Shown here: piece by piece, positions 13,601 through 24,884 of the stretch
How positions within the stretch are numbered: position 1 is the stretch's first letter
Layout of the letters: the number at the start of each line of letters is the position of its first letter
Position numbers and translations under genes: made by a program
Notes under the pieces: generated by a model
Told to the model about the DNA's origin: nothing
Seen by the model: only the letters and a program-made list of their open reading frames with translations
Database searches by the model: none
Assembly (NCBI GenBank): GCA_964199315.1
Contig: OZ116702.1
Location: 33,852,001-33,916,000, forward strand
Direction: 5' to 3'
Length of the DNA: 64,000 bases
DNA from: Orbicella franksi
Lineage: Eukaryota

Positions 13601-15323
13601 TTGCAAACCGGCAAGTCTATTTTGTGGAACACCTAGCGCCGAATCCAGAACACCTAATGACAAATGTACTATTCACTTGCAATTACTTTCACTTATGTTT
13701 GCTTGTGATTAGTTTTTGTTTGTCAGAATGAGCCAAATACAGTATAATGCTGTCTTTTCCAACAAATAAAAGCTAACTACAAGCAAAAATGAGTGAATGC
13801 AAGTAAACAGTGCATTTGGCTTCTGTGTTATGCATTGAGCATTCAGCAATATACCCTTGCCATTTGCAAACACAGAATACTTCATTTTGTAACGACTTGT
13901 TTTCAAGAGATCATAATTCAAATAGGTTGAGTAAATCACTTTGATATTGACTATATGTATCAATTATTGTCTGAAAATGAATTTTTAGCTCTAGCAGTTT
14001 GTACGAAACCATAAATAGACACAACCTTCAGATGAGATCAATGGCAAACTCAGAGATCTTATCCAGTTATCGGTAAAAATCAAAATTCATGGTTTACATT
14101 CTGAGAAACACTGCACTTGTACTTTGCTTCACAATATCTGAAGTTTAAACAATGAGAAATGTTGCAGAACTGAGATGTGTAGATATTAGGCAATATGATT
14201 ATCTGCTACATTGTATTTTCCACCAAAGGGAGCCATAATTACTGAAAAGAGGTTAGTTAATAGTGGGACGGAAGTCTTATTTCAGAGGAGTAAAATTCTA
14301 GATGAGTAAACTTAAAATCTGACTCTGGTTTCAAAATTACTAAAATGACAAATAAGAAAATGAAAATAAGAAATAAGATAAAGTACGAAATAAAAGTAAA
14401 TCGCACTGAGTGGATCTGGAATACTGCCTGTGATGGATAATCAAGAATGAATTATTTTCAGTAAAGTTTTACAAAATTAATTTCAGTGACACTGATTTTT
14501 CTTGCCATTTATTTAAAACTTATTGTGTTCAACTGCAAACGAAGTTTCAGTGCTGCTTGGAACGAAAGTTAATGTTTTTTTAGTATTGTATAGTGAGTAA
14601 AGTGAAGAGTATGGATTTTGGTGTTAATTGCCGTTAGAAGCAGCTGGAAGTCCCTCATAAACAGTTCAGAGAAGCCGAAATTTAACAGGAAATGGTTTAG
14701 GTGGCCGCCCACCAGAAAAGTCAGTTTGGCAACAATCGTAAATTATAAACAACGACACACGCCCCGGCAAAACGTCTCGCGCTGAAAATACTATCGACGT
14801 AAAGGAAAAACTTAGTACAACTAATTAGACCTGCCTAATGAAAAAAATTGAAGACGAAGCAGCAAGAAAAAAACTCGACTTAAACTAATCCAAAATAAGT
14901 GTTTATAAATTACTACCACAACATGAATCGTGACTTTGGCCCATTGATTGAAAAACTGCCACTAGAAATTGACAATTTGTACACGATATGTAACTTCCAT
15001 CCAGAAATAGACTGACAAGAAGTTTGAACACGAAAATACAATGTTATCCAACGCAAGCAGAACTTTTTCATTATAATTCTTCATCCAGACAAATGAATGT
15101 AGCCAAAGCATTAAATCATTCAGCAGTATACGAAGGCTGTATTTCTCAATAGTAAAATTTCTGGTCCGGTAATTGGGAAGGTTGCGACGAATCAAAATTA
15201 ACGATGTAAAGATTAACCACATGTACTGCTTACCTCTCGAGCAATTTGATTCAAAGCTTGGTCTTCCGACGAAGAGGTTGTCCTGGTAAGCGGCCTTCTT
15301 CTTCCTCCGTGGGCTGAGCTCAT
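4661..15323 (-). CDS. LRRFIP2: Leucine-rich repeat flightless-interacting protein 1/2-like (LRRFIP), 14 coding exons, about 404 aa
   Basis: Phase-consistent GT-AG exons: 15234-15323, 12735-12830, 11119-11181, 10440-10556, 9857-9966, 9591-9651, 9394-9486, 8561-8678, 8020-8108, 7502-7592, 6238-6317, 5147-5200, 4928-4978, 4661-4762. The translation contains family hallmarks: [68 protein letters not shown] and [14 protein letters not shown]. The gene is pre-duplication, so it is co-orthologous to LRRFIP1 and LRRFIP2. Confidence 0.93.
6387..6518 (+). repeat. Dispersed repeat (other copies at 19308-19437 on + and about 11003-11064 on -)
   Basis: GGGC(C/T)GGGCACTGGGCAAATTG...GTTCAGTTCAAAA...CTGTGAAAACCAGTTGC is shared between the copies. 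Confidence 0.75.
11199..11396. mobile_element. MITE with long TIRs and TA termini (Tc1/mariner-type, Stowaway-like)
   Basis: Left end TAGGCCATGTTCTATGTATATCAATATTCTAGCATGGCTCCGAGG; right end CCTCAGAGCCATGTTAGAATATTGATATATCGAACGTGGCCTA. It lies 17 nt from the acceptor of LRRFIP exon 3. Confidence 0.8.
11568..11789. mobile_element. MITE (TGTGTAGTTCCAGAAAATATCC...GGATATTTTCTGCAAATGCACA)
   Basis: Imperfect terminal inverted repeats. A related 5' fragment lies at about 10043-10100. Confidence 0.7.
13168..13636. repeat. Two-copy tandem duplication, period 234 bp, in LRRFIP intron 1
   Basis: AGAAAATACAAAGGGGCAATA starts at 13168 and again at 13402. Long identical blocks include CCCATCAAAATACCATAGTTAAAGCACTGTGAAATAT. 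Confidence 0.9.
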
Positions 15324-18300
15324 TTTGAACGATGAAGTCGCACAAACACACACCTTACGATTTTCGAGCAATCAGCCTGTCTCGCCGCAGACTTGAGCTT
15401 ACATCTGTTCTCACAAAACGTGCACAATGACTCCTAGCGTTTTATATTTTTTCTACGAAGAAGCCCGCAGAGCACAGACTGATTATCTGCTTTGCTTCGT
15501 TCAACACTGTTGGAATAATTCAAAAGCCAAGACAAATAATTTTCGCTTCGTAACACCACTTTTCCGCCATGGCCTGTAGCCCGTGGAATCTCCCGGATCA
15601 AAAGCAGCAGAAGACATGCGCCAACATTTTGCAATGGTGTCTCCCGCTGACCGCTAAAAGGTTATAAAGATCAAGGGCGGGGCGTGCCCCAAGAAAAGTG
15701 GTATGTAAGCGTTTTTTGGCAAGACAATCCAGTGATCCAGATTTCGCTATACGGGTACGGCTGCGCCTCGCGCGTCCACAACATTTTGACTACTGTGATG
15801 ACGCGTATCGTTGTCGATAAAAGTACAGACCACGCTAAACCACATTCGATTTGTTAACTTAAGTCGACGTCTTAAATTAGATTTAGAATAACAGGTACAT
15901 AAATTAAAATAAACAGAAAGTCAGTATTCGTCACGTATTGGTGCCAAAGTGGTCTTGAAAATTAATGTATCCAGTCCCGTTGATAAACAAAAGAAATGCT
16001 TTCTTTCTTTTCATTCTTTCCAACAAAAATTCGTTTTGAGCTGCTACTTTATTCAATATTACTTTTATCTTCAATTCCTTGTTCCTGGAAAGATTTTTGA
16101 GATGTGACAGGAAGAATTACTTTTTTCATCCACGGCAACAATCGAAAGCACAACATGTATATAATCTGTTGATCAATCGTGAAAATTTCCCTCCACCTAC
16201 CGAAAATCTCGGGTTTGTCAGAGTATGGTTATGACCCAACGCCGTAAAGTGCACGCTCTACTCTTTGGCAGTAACAAAAGAACTGAATAAAGTTGTCGAC
16301 TGTGTTTCAGTCCAAAATAATTTACAATATATTTCGCACCAGTAGCCTCCTTTATAAAATCACCAATAAACTAATAAGGCAGTAGATAAAAGAACGAGGA
16401 ATAATCTACATATGCCATTCGAAAAAAAAGCTAAGAAGGCAATGCGTTGTCCATTTCAACGATGCAAAAGACTACTATAACAAGAAAGTAACAAAACGAG
16501 CGCGCGGCAAACCGATTTGCCAGCTAATCTGATCATTTCACCTCTACTACTTTACTCGACTAGTTTATCTTTTTGTTGGTGGTGGCGAGTTCGTCGCCGT
16601 TGGTGGCGAAATTCCCTGGTGGCGAGATGACCGGATACCTCCCCGAGATACCATTAACTGTTTGTACCGTCATGATGCACTGCTTAATACCTCAGTGAGC
16701 CGGTTGAGTTTTCAATTTAGCATCTTCACTCTACATTCATATACGTAATCTGCAAAGGGATTTACCCATCGCCGCAGATGTCAAAGAGAAAAAAGGAAAT
16801 AAATGTAACTAAATCACTATTGAGATCAAAAAGAGACGAGACTCTAAACGCTTGTCACTTCAGCAGGAACTGAGTTCCACTCGGGTATAGTTCTTGCATA
16901 AAAACTACATTCGGGATTTATTAGCGGCCTCATTTTTTTGACGTTACTTTCGGGGGGTGGTTACTTTCGGAAGTTTACGGCAACAGAATATATAAATAAT
17001 AGCCTCCAGCAAAAAGATGTTAAAAACCGGACCTCTTGTTTTTTCTCTCCTGCCAATAATCCCAAAGCCCGTTCTGACTGAGTTTCTTCGATCCTCAATT
17101 GTCGAGCCTGCTACTACATTTTCAAAAAACCATTTAAACACAATTTCTCCCGGATTTTCCCTTATTCCCTTTGTTTATATAAACCGCCCAGTTCTCAATA
17201 GTGGATGATATTGTGTGACAGGAAGTGGCCTTTTGATCCCGGGCTTTTGATTCCTTTTCAAGCTTTTTCATTGCGCGCCTCTATGTCTCCTTTCGTTAAT
17301 TCTTCCTGTCTGCCAGTTCACAGTTTCTGAAAGAGCTGGCCAAAACCATGCTGAAGTTTTCACCACCACCCCTTCACCAATAACCAGGCAATATTATTTC
17401 TGCTGTGTTTATCTGTCTTTTTCGTCTGCGTGACCTGTACGTGACTACGGAAACACTTCTTCATTGACAAGGTGGGAAGAGGGATGAACTGGGGCGAGTG
17501 GATGTAAAACATCAAAGTGCCTCAAAATTGTCTAATTTTGTGCGTATTAGCGTGGGTTTCTCCAAATGATGAATACCAGATCCTAAACGAAGAGACAAGG
17601 AGAAGGTATTACTGTAGTTTCGCACTTTACATAGAGTAATCGAATGCTCGGGATTTTCATGTGACGCAGGGCACAGTTTCACATGAGAATCCCGTGAAAT
17701 GTGCACCTGAGAATCCCGTGAACATCTTGTCAAAATATTTGTTCGCCATATTTGTGCATTAGCGTTCTTTTCTTCGGGTTATTTTTCGATCTGTAGTCAT
17801 TTGCAAGAGAACGCGAGTGATAGATAAACATGATAAACAAGCTGACACGTTGTCTAAGTGTTAGAAAATGGTGTTTAACCGAATTTATCCATTGGATTTA
17901 CGGTATGCGCAAGCTTTTATTATGCTTACAAGCTTGGTATTGAAGTATTGCTGTAAATTCATAAGCTCAAATGTCGTGGGCAGCTGATAAAATCGCTAAC
18001 TTAGGCTTCCTGGCGACATCAACACAAACTTGACAGATGCCTGTCGTTTAATATCTGTTTTTGAATATTTCTCCCCTTTTATATCCTCTAGGAAGTGGCT
18101 AGGACACTTAATCTTGTGAATTAACTTCAGCACGGACAGGCAGATATTTCTCAAAGGACTTGCTTGAACACCTATCTCGTGTGGAACACTTAATCACGAA
18201 GAAATATATATTGTGCTGACCTACACAACTATGGATTCAAAAACTGTAAGTTTTGGCCGAGAAATTCTGTTTGAAGTTTGAAGAAATGTTCTTTGACGGA

Positions 18301-19762
18301 GTGTTTACATGGACGAAAATAACTCCCTCTTGGTATTTAGGCATGCATTGTGTGCTGAAATTGATTATGCTTTGAAGCTCTCCTGCCTTTGTTCTGGTTA
18401 AACTAGTTGTCAAGTAACCGTTTCTTTTCCGGTAGAAAATATCTTCATTTGACGCTGGCGAAACTTCCCAAAAATTCAAGTGGTTTCGCTTCTGGTGAGG
18501 GAAATGTCCCGTTAATTAGATATCTACTGAGACAATCGAAAAATAAGAACGGAAAGCTAAGGTCGGGGGGTTAGACTGTGTTTACCACATCATTGTGCTG
18601 GATAAGGTTTGACTTAGCGGGTTTCAGCGTATCAAACGAAACACGAACTGGTAGTGAAGAATTAATGCTAAATCATGATTATCAACAGGCTTTCTGCTCA
18701 ATTTGCATGATATATAGCTACAACCTTGAATGAAATATAGCGCAATCAAAATTTAATTACGGTTCCTTAGTTCAGTGCGGAAACAAGTTCTAACAAATTG
18801 TACGAGTCTTTGGGAAGACTTGAACCTAGTGCGAAAGTATAGGAGATAAGAAAATTCGAAAAGGAGTATATCTGCAAAGTTCGATCCCTTCAGAAAATCA
18901 TTGAATTCATTCAGTATTTTAACATGTATAAATGCCTCAATAATTATTATTACACATTAAACTAAAATTGCTTGTATGTCAGTTTTTCTGACCTATGTAG
19001 CTGTTGTTCTTGCAGGAATTTTTGTTTATTTCCTAACTACCTTTTTTCTGGATTTATACACCATTGGTTGATTTGTATTTGAAAAGTAGAGATTGAAGGG
19101 CAAATAAGATAACCATGTTGTGTTATTTCAGTTTTCAAATACTTCATGAAGGATAATTTGTTCTTGATGAGTCATTCTTTTGTTCCTTTCAGCTCAAATT
19201 AGTGTTACTACTATTTTGATGATTAGGCTTTGTTCTTAATTTTTTTTTCAATGAATAGGAATTTAGTCCACACCCAGACCCATGCCAGCCCTAAGGGTGT
19301 TTATTAAGGGCTGGGCACTGGGCAAATTGACTGGCTATGAGGATAATTTTGTCTGCTTGGTTTAACCATCTAGAAGAAAGTTTTTGTATAAAGATGTTCA
19401 GTTCAAAACATTTTTCCCACCTGTGAAAACCAGTTGCCACGCTGTTAATGAAATCCTTTAACCCTAATTGGGGCTGTATAGAATGTCAAGAAAATCCCAT
19501 TTTATTTTAACTTCTGGTTTCGTAATCCAAGTTTTTGTTCTTGGTCTCCGAGGATGCTTATAAAATAACAAACGTTGAAATAGTATCGTCAGTATTTAAT
19601 AACTTTCCTTGTCTTTGTTTTATCACCTTAAAGTAATTTTATTGTATTATGTCCTTTATTTTCCAGCTATCTGCTACAAGTTTGCCCTGTTTGAGCCAGA
19701 ACAGTGTTATTAGTTCCTGTTCAACAAGACGCAGCCATTGCAATATTAGTAACAAACTTGGT

Positions 19763-21316
19763 ATGGCCAGTGAACCACTTTTACTGTCAACAGAATCAGA
19801 TTCAGAAAAACTGGAAGCAGAAGATTTCAAATGTTCTAAGGACGTTCCGGAGAAAACTTCTGTCACTGAATGTCAAGGTCCTGGTATGTTAGTTATAGAG
19901 AGTGGTGCAAGTTCATCATCTGCAGGATACTGCTTCTTTTGCACGCAACAGGGGCCTGTCATAAAAGAGAATGTCAGTAACAGTCACAAGTCTAAAAAGA
20001 GAAAAAAGTCACAAAGTTTATTGGTATTGAATTCTGTTGGTTCAAAGAGCGAGAATACATCTCATTTATTACCTGACTCATGTAATAACTTGACCACGAT
20101 CAGGAGTAGTTCAGCATCCATTCTAAGGAGTGCTATTTTAAAGGTTAAGCAGCCCAGCAGGAACAGTTCAAAAGATCAAAGCATTTGTTCGTCACTCAGC
20201 AAGCTTACTGAATTGCGAGAAAGTTGTGGCCTGATGTGTCGCATTTGTCACAGTGGTGATGAAGATGAGGAGCTCATAAGACCTTGCAAATGCACTGGAA
20301 CTGTTAAGTATGCCCATCAGAGTTGTATATTGAACTGGGTTTCAAAATCTGGACATGAAAGCTGTGAGCTGTGCAAGTTCAAATTTAGGACAAAGAAGCA
20401 TAGTGTGAAGTGCTTCTGGAAGGTTTGTTCTGATTCATTATAATCCATCAAATGCTTTTGCTCACATGTGACTAGTCTAAGAGTGTCACATAAGTAAATG
20501 TTCTCCGGCTAAAAGTGTGGAATATGCGAGTGTTGCAAAAAATATTTGAAGGATAATAAACACCATAGCCCCCATTTGACGTAACAAATATGCCCAGATA
20601 TTTGTCCTGGGACATTATCATTCAGTGTTCCTTGAAGCTAGCAGTTTTCCTTGAGTATTTTCTCTCAGAAAGCTGTTCACTTCTCAGAATATGTCCTTTT
20701 GAGTGTCATTAACAGATGTACAAGTTAGAATCAACCATCTAGAATAGTAAATATTATATATTAACTGCTATTCGTGAGCTTCTGTTCATAATAGTTCATA
20801 ATAGTATGACAATTTCCTCACCTGCTGTTCTTTCCAAACTACTGATTTTTGCAGTGGAGTTTTCCTGAAGTAAGCACCAAAGGGTGGCTACACATTGGGC
20901 TTTTCATTGCTTTTGCAACAATGCTACTCACTTCCGTGACGTGGATTATCTGGTCACGTGTCAGTAGGACTCCTTCAGCAATCGCTGAGCGAACCACTGA
21001 GGAAGTGAAGTTTGCTTACATGGTCAATGGTTTGTTCATCGCTTTGGCTGTTGGTGGTTTGTACTTTGACAGTTTGAAACATTTTAAACAGTATTCAAAG
21101 AGATGGGCAGCACTGAACCAGAATGTGGTGGTGGAGTGTTATGAAGAAAATGGCAAAGTCGAAGGGGTAGATGTTAACTTACCCCAAAGGGTGTGTCCCA
21201 GACAGTCCTCTGTCAGCAAAGCCATGGAGGAGAGTGAACCAGAGAGACTTTCAGTAGCTGTTCATACAGAGCCAGATGAACGTGTTGGCAGAAATGATTC
21301 TACAGACTGGGTTTAA
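19763..21316 (+). CDS. Membrane-associated RING-CH (MARCH/MARCHF family) E3 ubiquitin ligase, about 373 aa
   Basis: Exons 19763-20422 (AAG|GTTTGT) and 20855-21316 (TTTGCAG|), phase 0. The C4HC3 RING-CH reads CRICH...PCKCTGTVKYAHQSCILNWVSKSGHESCELC and is followed by two hydrophobic TM segments (WLHIGLFIAFATMLLTSVTWIIW; FAYMVNGLFIALAVGGLYF). An acceptor at about 19666 implies an upstream non-coding exon. The paralogue group cannot be assigned from sequence alone. Confidence 0.9.
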
Positions 21317-21708
21317 TAGTCTAGCCAACAAAATAATAAGTGTTACTCTCTATTATTTTACTTGTGTTTGTAGCTGATATGATGCCTGCTCTGATTGGCT
21401 AAGACTAGGGCATTATTCTCATGTAATGTCCATGGGCCAATTACGGACCTGTAAAACCCCCCAAAAAGCTATATAATAAACTGCTTATTAATCTCAAATG
21501 TTCGATCTGGATGGGGAGATCTTAAACCTCAGCCCTGCCGTATTGACCTCACTATCACTTGGTCGCAAGGTTCCCGTTTGAGATTTTTCTGTTAAGACCT
21601 CACTCTCGGGTTAATAATAACTACGCAATAAATTGTTCATTGAATTATCTTGAGTATCAGTAATGGGAACTTTTAACACTGAGGTTTGTGTTATTGCTGG
21701 CATGTTTT

Positions 21709-21768
21709 TAGCCTGCAGGTGCAGACGTATTTGACAGCTGGAAATACATCTGTGTAATTTGCAGGCTA
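21709..21768. mobile_element. 60-bp mini inverted-repeat element (TAGCCTGCA...TGCAGGCTA)
   Basis: Termini resemble those of the element in the GPCR. Internal arms are CAGACGTATT / AATACATCTG. Confidence 0.6.
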
Positions 21769-23542
21769 ATTTTTTTTTAAAGAAAAACAAGTCCTTGACT
21801 GTTCATAAGTAAACTGAACTCCATTATTTGTTTTGTTATTAAGTTAATAAACCTCTATTGTGGATAAATAATTTTGAGCTTAACTTTGCAGTGTTAAGTT
21901 ATTATAACTTTTTTTCTGAGGAGTGTACATGGAATTTTGTAAATGTTTTACAGCAGATGCTGCCCTTCACTCAGGATCAGTAGATGAAGGCAGGGTTACA
22001 ACATCAAGCAGAGAGTCTGCTTCACCTTCCCCATCCACTACCTCTCAGAAACCTCATAAAGGGAGAGCATTGGTTAGTTTTAGCTGGTTTTCAAATAAAT
22101 GTGTACAAAAGTGAGATTTATGTTCAAATTACTGTAACTATATTAGGTGCAGTGGTTGTAGACTAGTGTTAGACTTGCTTTTTTAGATAAAAGGTAAATT
22201 AATATAAAGTAGGCGGACATCAATATGTTGGTACTAGCAAATTATGAAAACATCCACATTATGACGTTTGCAGTTAGGGGAGAACTGTTCTCTTGGTCAA
22301 ACTATGTTTAATTAAGCTAAATTTTCAATTGTAAGTCATTTGGGTTACAGTAGACTTTTTGCTTCAGTATTGGAAAGGTGTTCATAAAGGCAACAATGAG
22401 CATTAGAATCAACTGCATTCACAGCTTACTGCAGAGAATAATGCTTGCTAAGTGGAACGTAACATTGATGAATGCCAGACAAAGACCACATGCTGTTATG
22501 CTGTGTCTGAGTGTTTTTGATCATTTTTGCCATGACTTTTTTGGCATGGGTTATTAGTTTGGCTGAGGTAAAGACATCTTTTTGTGTCACGAAGTACATT
22601 TTTTTTGTTAAATAAAGATATGCCAGAAACCTCAAGAAATAATCAGCCTTAATATTTAGACTTTGCTTTACAAAGTATATCTGAAATGTTATTCTGGACA
22701 TTTTCAGTTTGTAGTGAAGGTATTTATGAACAGTTGCTTCCTATGCACAAGGGAATGGCATGTTAGAGTGAGAAAACAAAATATATTTGTTTGTCAAGAA
22801 ACATAGACATTTAATCAGACAGTGACGAGAGCTTCTTGGAAAAAAGTTTTTTTGAGTAGCAGATCTTTTCTTTCCTGCAGGGATACAATATGCTCTTTCC
22901 AAAACCACAAGAATATCTAGTACTCAGCAGCAACTTAATGAATACCAGTGCTACAGATTGGAAATGTATAATTTTGTAAATAAGAGTATTTTAAGTACTA
23001 AATTACTAAATATTGTTCAAAATTACACATGCTTGCTGATGTTGAAATATCAAAAGTCTGATTTTCAGTCTTGATCATGATCAATCAGGAAGCTGAAACA
23101 ATTATCCAGTAAAGGGAAATTATATCTGTTACGTGGCTGGTTCACTGGTTATATCATTACAAAGAAAGCTTCCCGTTGACTTCATTTACCCCTTCTCCAC
23201 CATGTCCTTGCCTTATACAAAATTTATTTTATAACGAGGATGAGATCGTTTGGTAATAAATCTTAGCCATCATTGGTTGAAGGTTTCTTATGGTAACCGT
23301 AATGAATTATAACTGGCTTTTGCCCAAAGGATCCTAGAAATCCTACACTATTGAGAGCTATTGGTCAATCCTAAAAGTTTCTGGAACGGCAACTTGTTCC
23401 TTTGCCGGTAAATTTTGGCGGGGGAAAATGCTTAATTGTAATCCAAAGAATATCTAGAAGAGAGAATGAAGAGAAAAATGACTTGGTAGGTTGGGCTCTC
23501 GCTCCTGTTTAGAGTTTGTCGCGTATTGGGTGATCCTTAAAA

Positions 23543-24039
23543 CCTGACGTTACTAATCGAACCAAATCGAACGTAATCACGCGATTGGGTTCGATTGAGT
23601 TCGGTAATCGAACAAAGTCGAACTCTCACAAAAAAATTTGACCAATCGAACGCAATCGAATGTTCGAGTGAGTTCGATTGGGCTCGATCAAGTTCGATTA
23701 GTACGATTGGGTTCGATTAGGTTCGATTTTACAGACAGTTTATTCTTTCAATGTATTTTCCATGCCAAAAGTCTATACATCAATAAAAATATCACTAGCT
23801 AATTATTCATTTGTAACTCTTACTTAGACAGACTGTCCAATTATCTGGTTGTAATAGGATGAATTTAAGATTTTCCTATTGTGTTCGATTGGGTTCGATT
23901 AGTTCGGAAATCGAACGCAATCGAACTCTCTCACACAAATTTTTGGATTCGATTTTGTTCGATTATCGAACTAATCGAACCCAATCGTTCGATTTATTTC
24001 GGTTGAGTTCGATTGAACGGTTCAATTAGTAACGTCAGG
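23543..24039. mobile_element. 497-bp non-autonomous DNA transposon with ATCGAAC/GTTCGAT subterminal arrays
   Basis: TIRs CCTGACGTTACTAAT(C)GAACC / GGTTCAATTAGTAACGTCAGG. TTAAAA flanks both sides (23537-23542, 24040-24045). Many TCGA-centred units lie near both ends. Confidence 0.85.
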
Positions 24040-24501
24040 TTAAAAAGAATAAAAAATCCTAGTGGTACGTGGGATTTATGATCAAGGTTTCGAACAACCC
24101 ACCCTCAAGAAGAAGAGACACATTGTTACGAATGTTATCTACCGGCATCTACCGGTATCGCGAAAGTATAAGCCCTCCGAAGGTAATAAACGAGGCTGTG
24201 AAAGTTGCGACCTCAGCGTAACCTGCCTGTTCCCGTAACCTCATTTTTGAGAGAGACAATGGTATTAATAGCAGAACATTATCAATCTTTAACGTGCGTG
24301 TCGCACTTAATAAAGACCGCAGTAACAGAACTACTGAATAAATGGTTTTCTCCTGCGTAAAATCGTATCAAAAACGATTTGTTTTGAATTAAAAAAAGCT
24401 TTTGTAATCACTAGCAGATGTCACGAATTTTTCGGTGCTCTACGTATTTGGGAACTAGCTACCGAAAGATATCGAGAAAACCTGGGAAGGAAAATCAGCA
24501 A

Positions 24502-24534
24502 CCAATCAGAGAACTGATTCATAAATTTGGCGCG
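24502..24534 (+). promoter_or_regulatory. Candidate RIF1 promoter elements: CCAAT box and E2F-type site
   Basis: CCAAT at 24502-24506 and TTTGGCGCG at 24526-24534 (E2F consensus TTTSSCGC), in a CpG-richer stretch about 350 nt upstream of the RIF1 ATG. This is a motif match only. Confidence 0.4.
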
Positions 24535-24884
24535 ATTTGCAGAGAATCCTTCGCGGCAGAACTGACCTGAAGACTCTTGAAAGTAGATTGGGAGGTGAAG
24601 AGTTTGACAATTTCCCTAGAATTTTCCTAGAATCTTATGAAGCAATCGCAGTATTAAGGTAAGAAGACGATTCACATTGAAGTCCGTGCGTGTTGTGGCT
24701 GTGCACGATCTAAATATTAGACTCGGTTTGCAGTTGAGATTCTCGACGCACGCAGCGTGCTGATCACTGTAAATTTCTGTGTAATATTGCATACATAAAC
24801 AGAAGACTTATGCCTGTTCCTTCATTATTTTCGCAGAATTTGATGAACTGATCGTTTGAAGACCATTCAGGGAAATAAAAAAAG

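Noticed and set aside
21954-22114. Ser-rich ORF after an acceptor-like TTTTACAGCAG downstream of MARCH, as a possible alternative last exon
   Set aside because: It needs a phase-1 donor in MARCH exon 2 and only weak candidates exist. More likely 3' UTR.
23543-24039. CRISPR-like or satellite array
   Set aside because: There is no repeat-spacer structure of constant length and the context is eukaryotic. The repeats are subterminal motifs of a TIR element.
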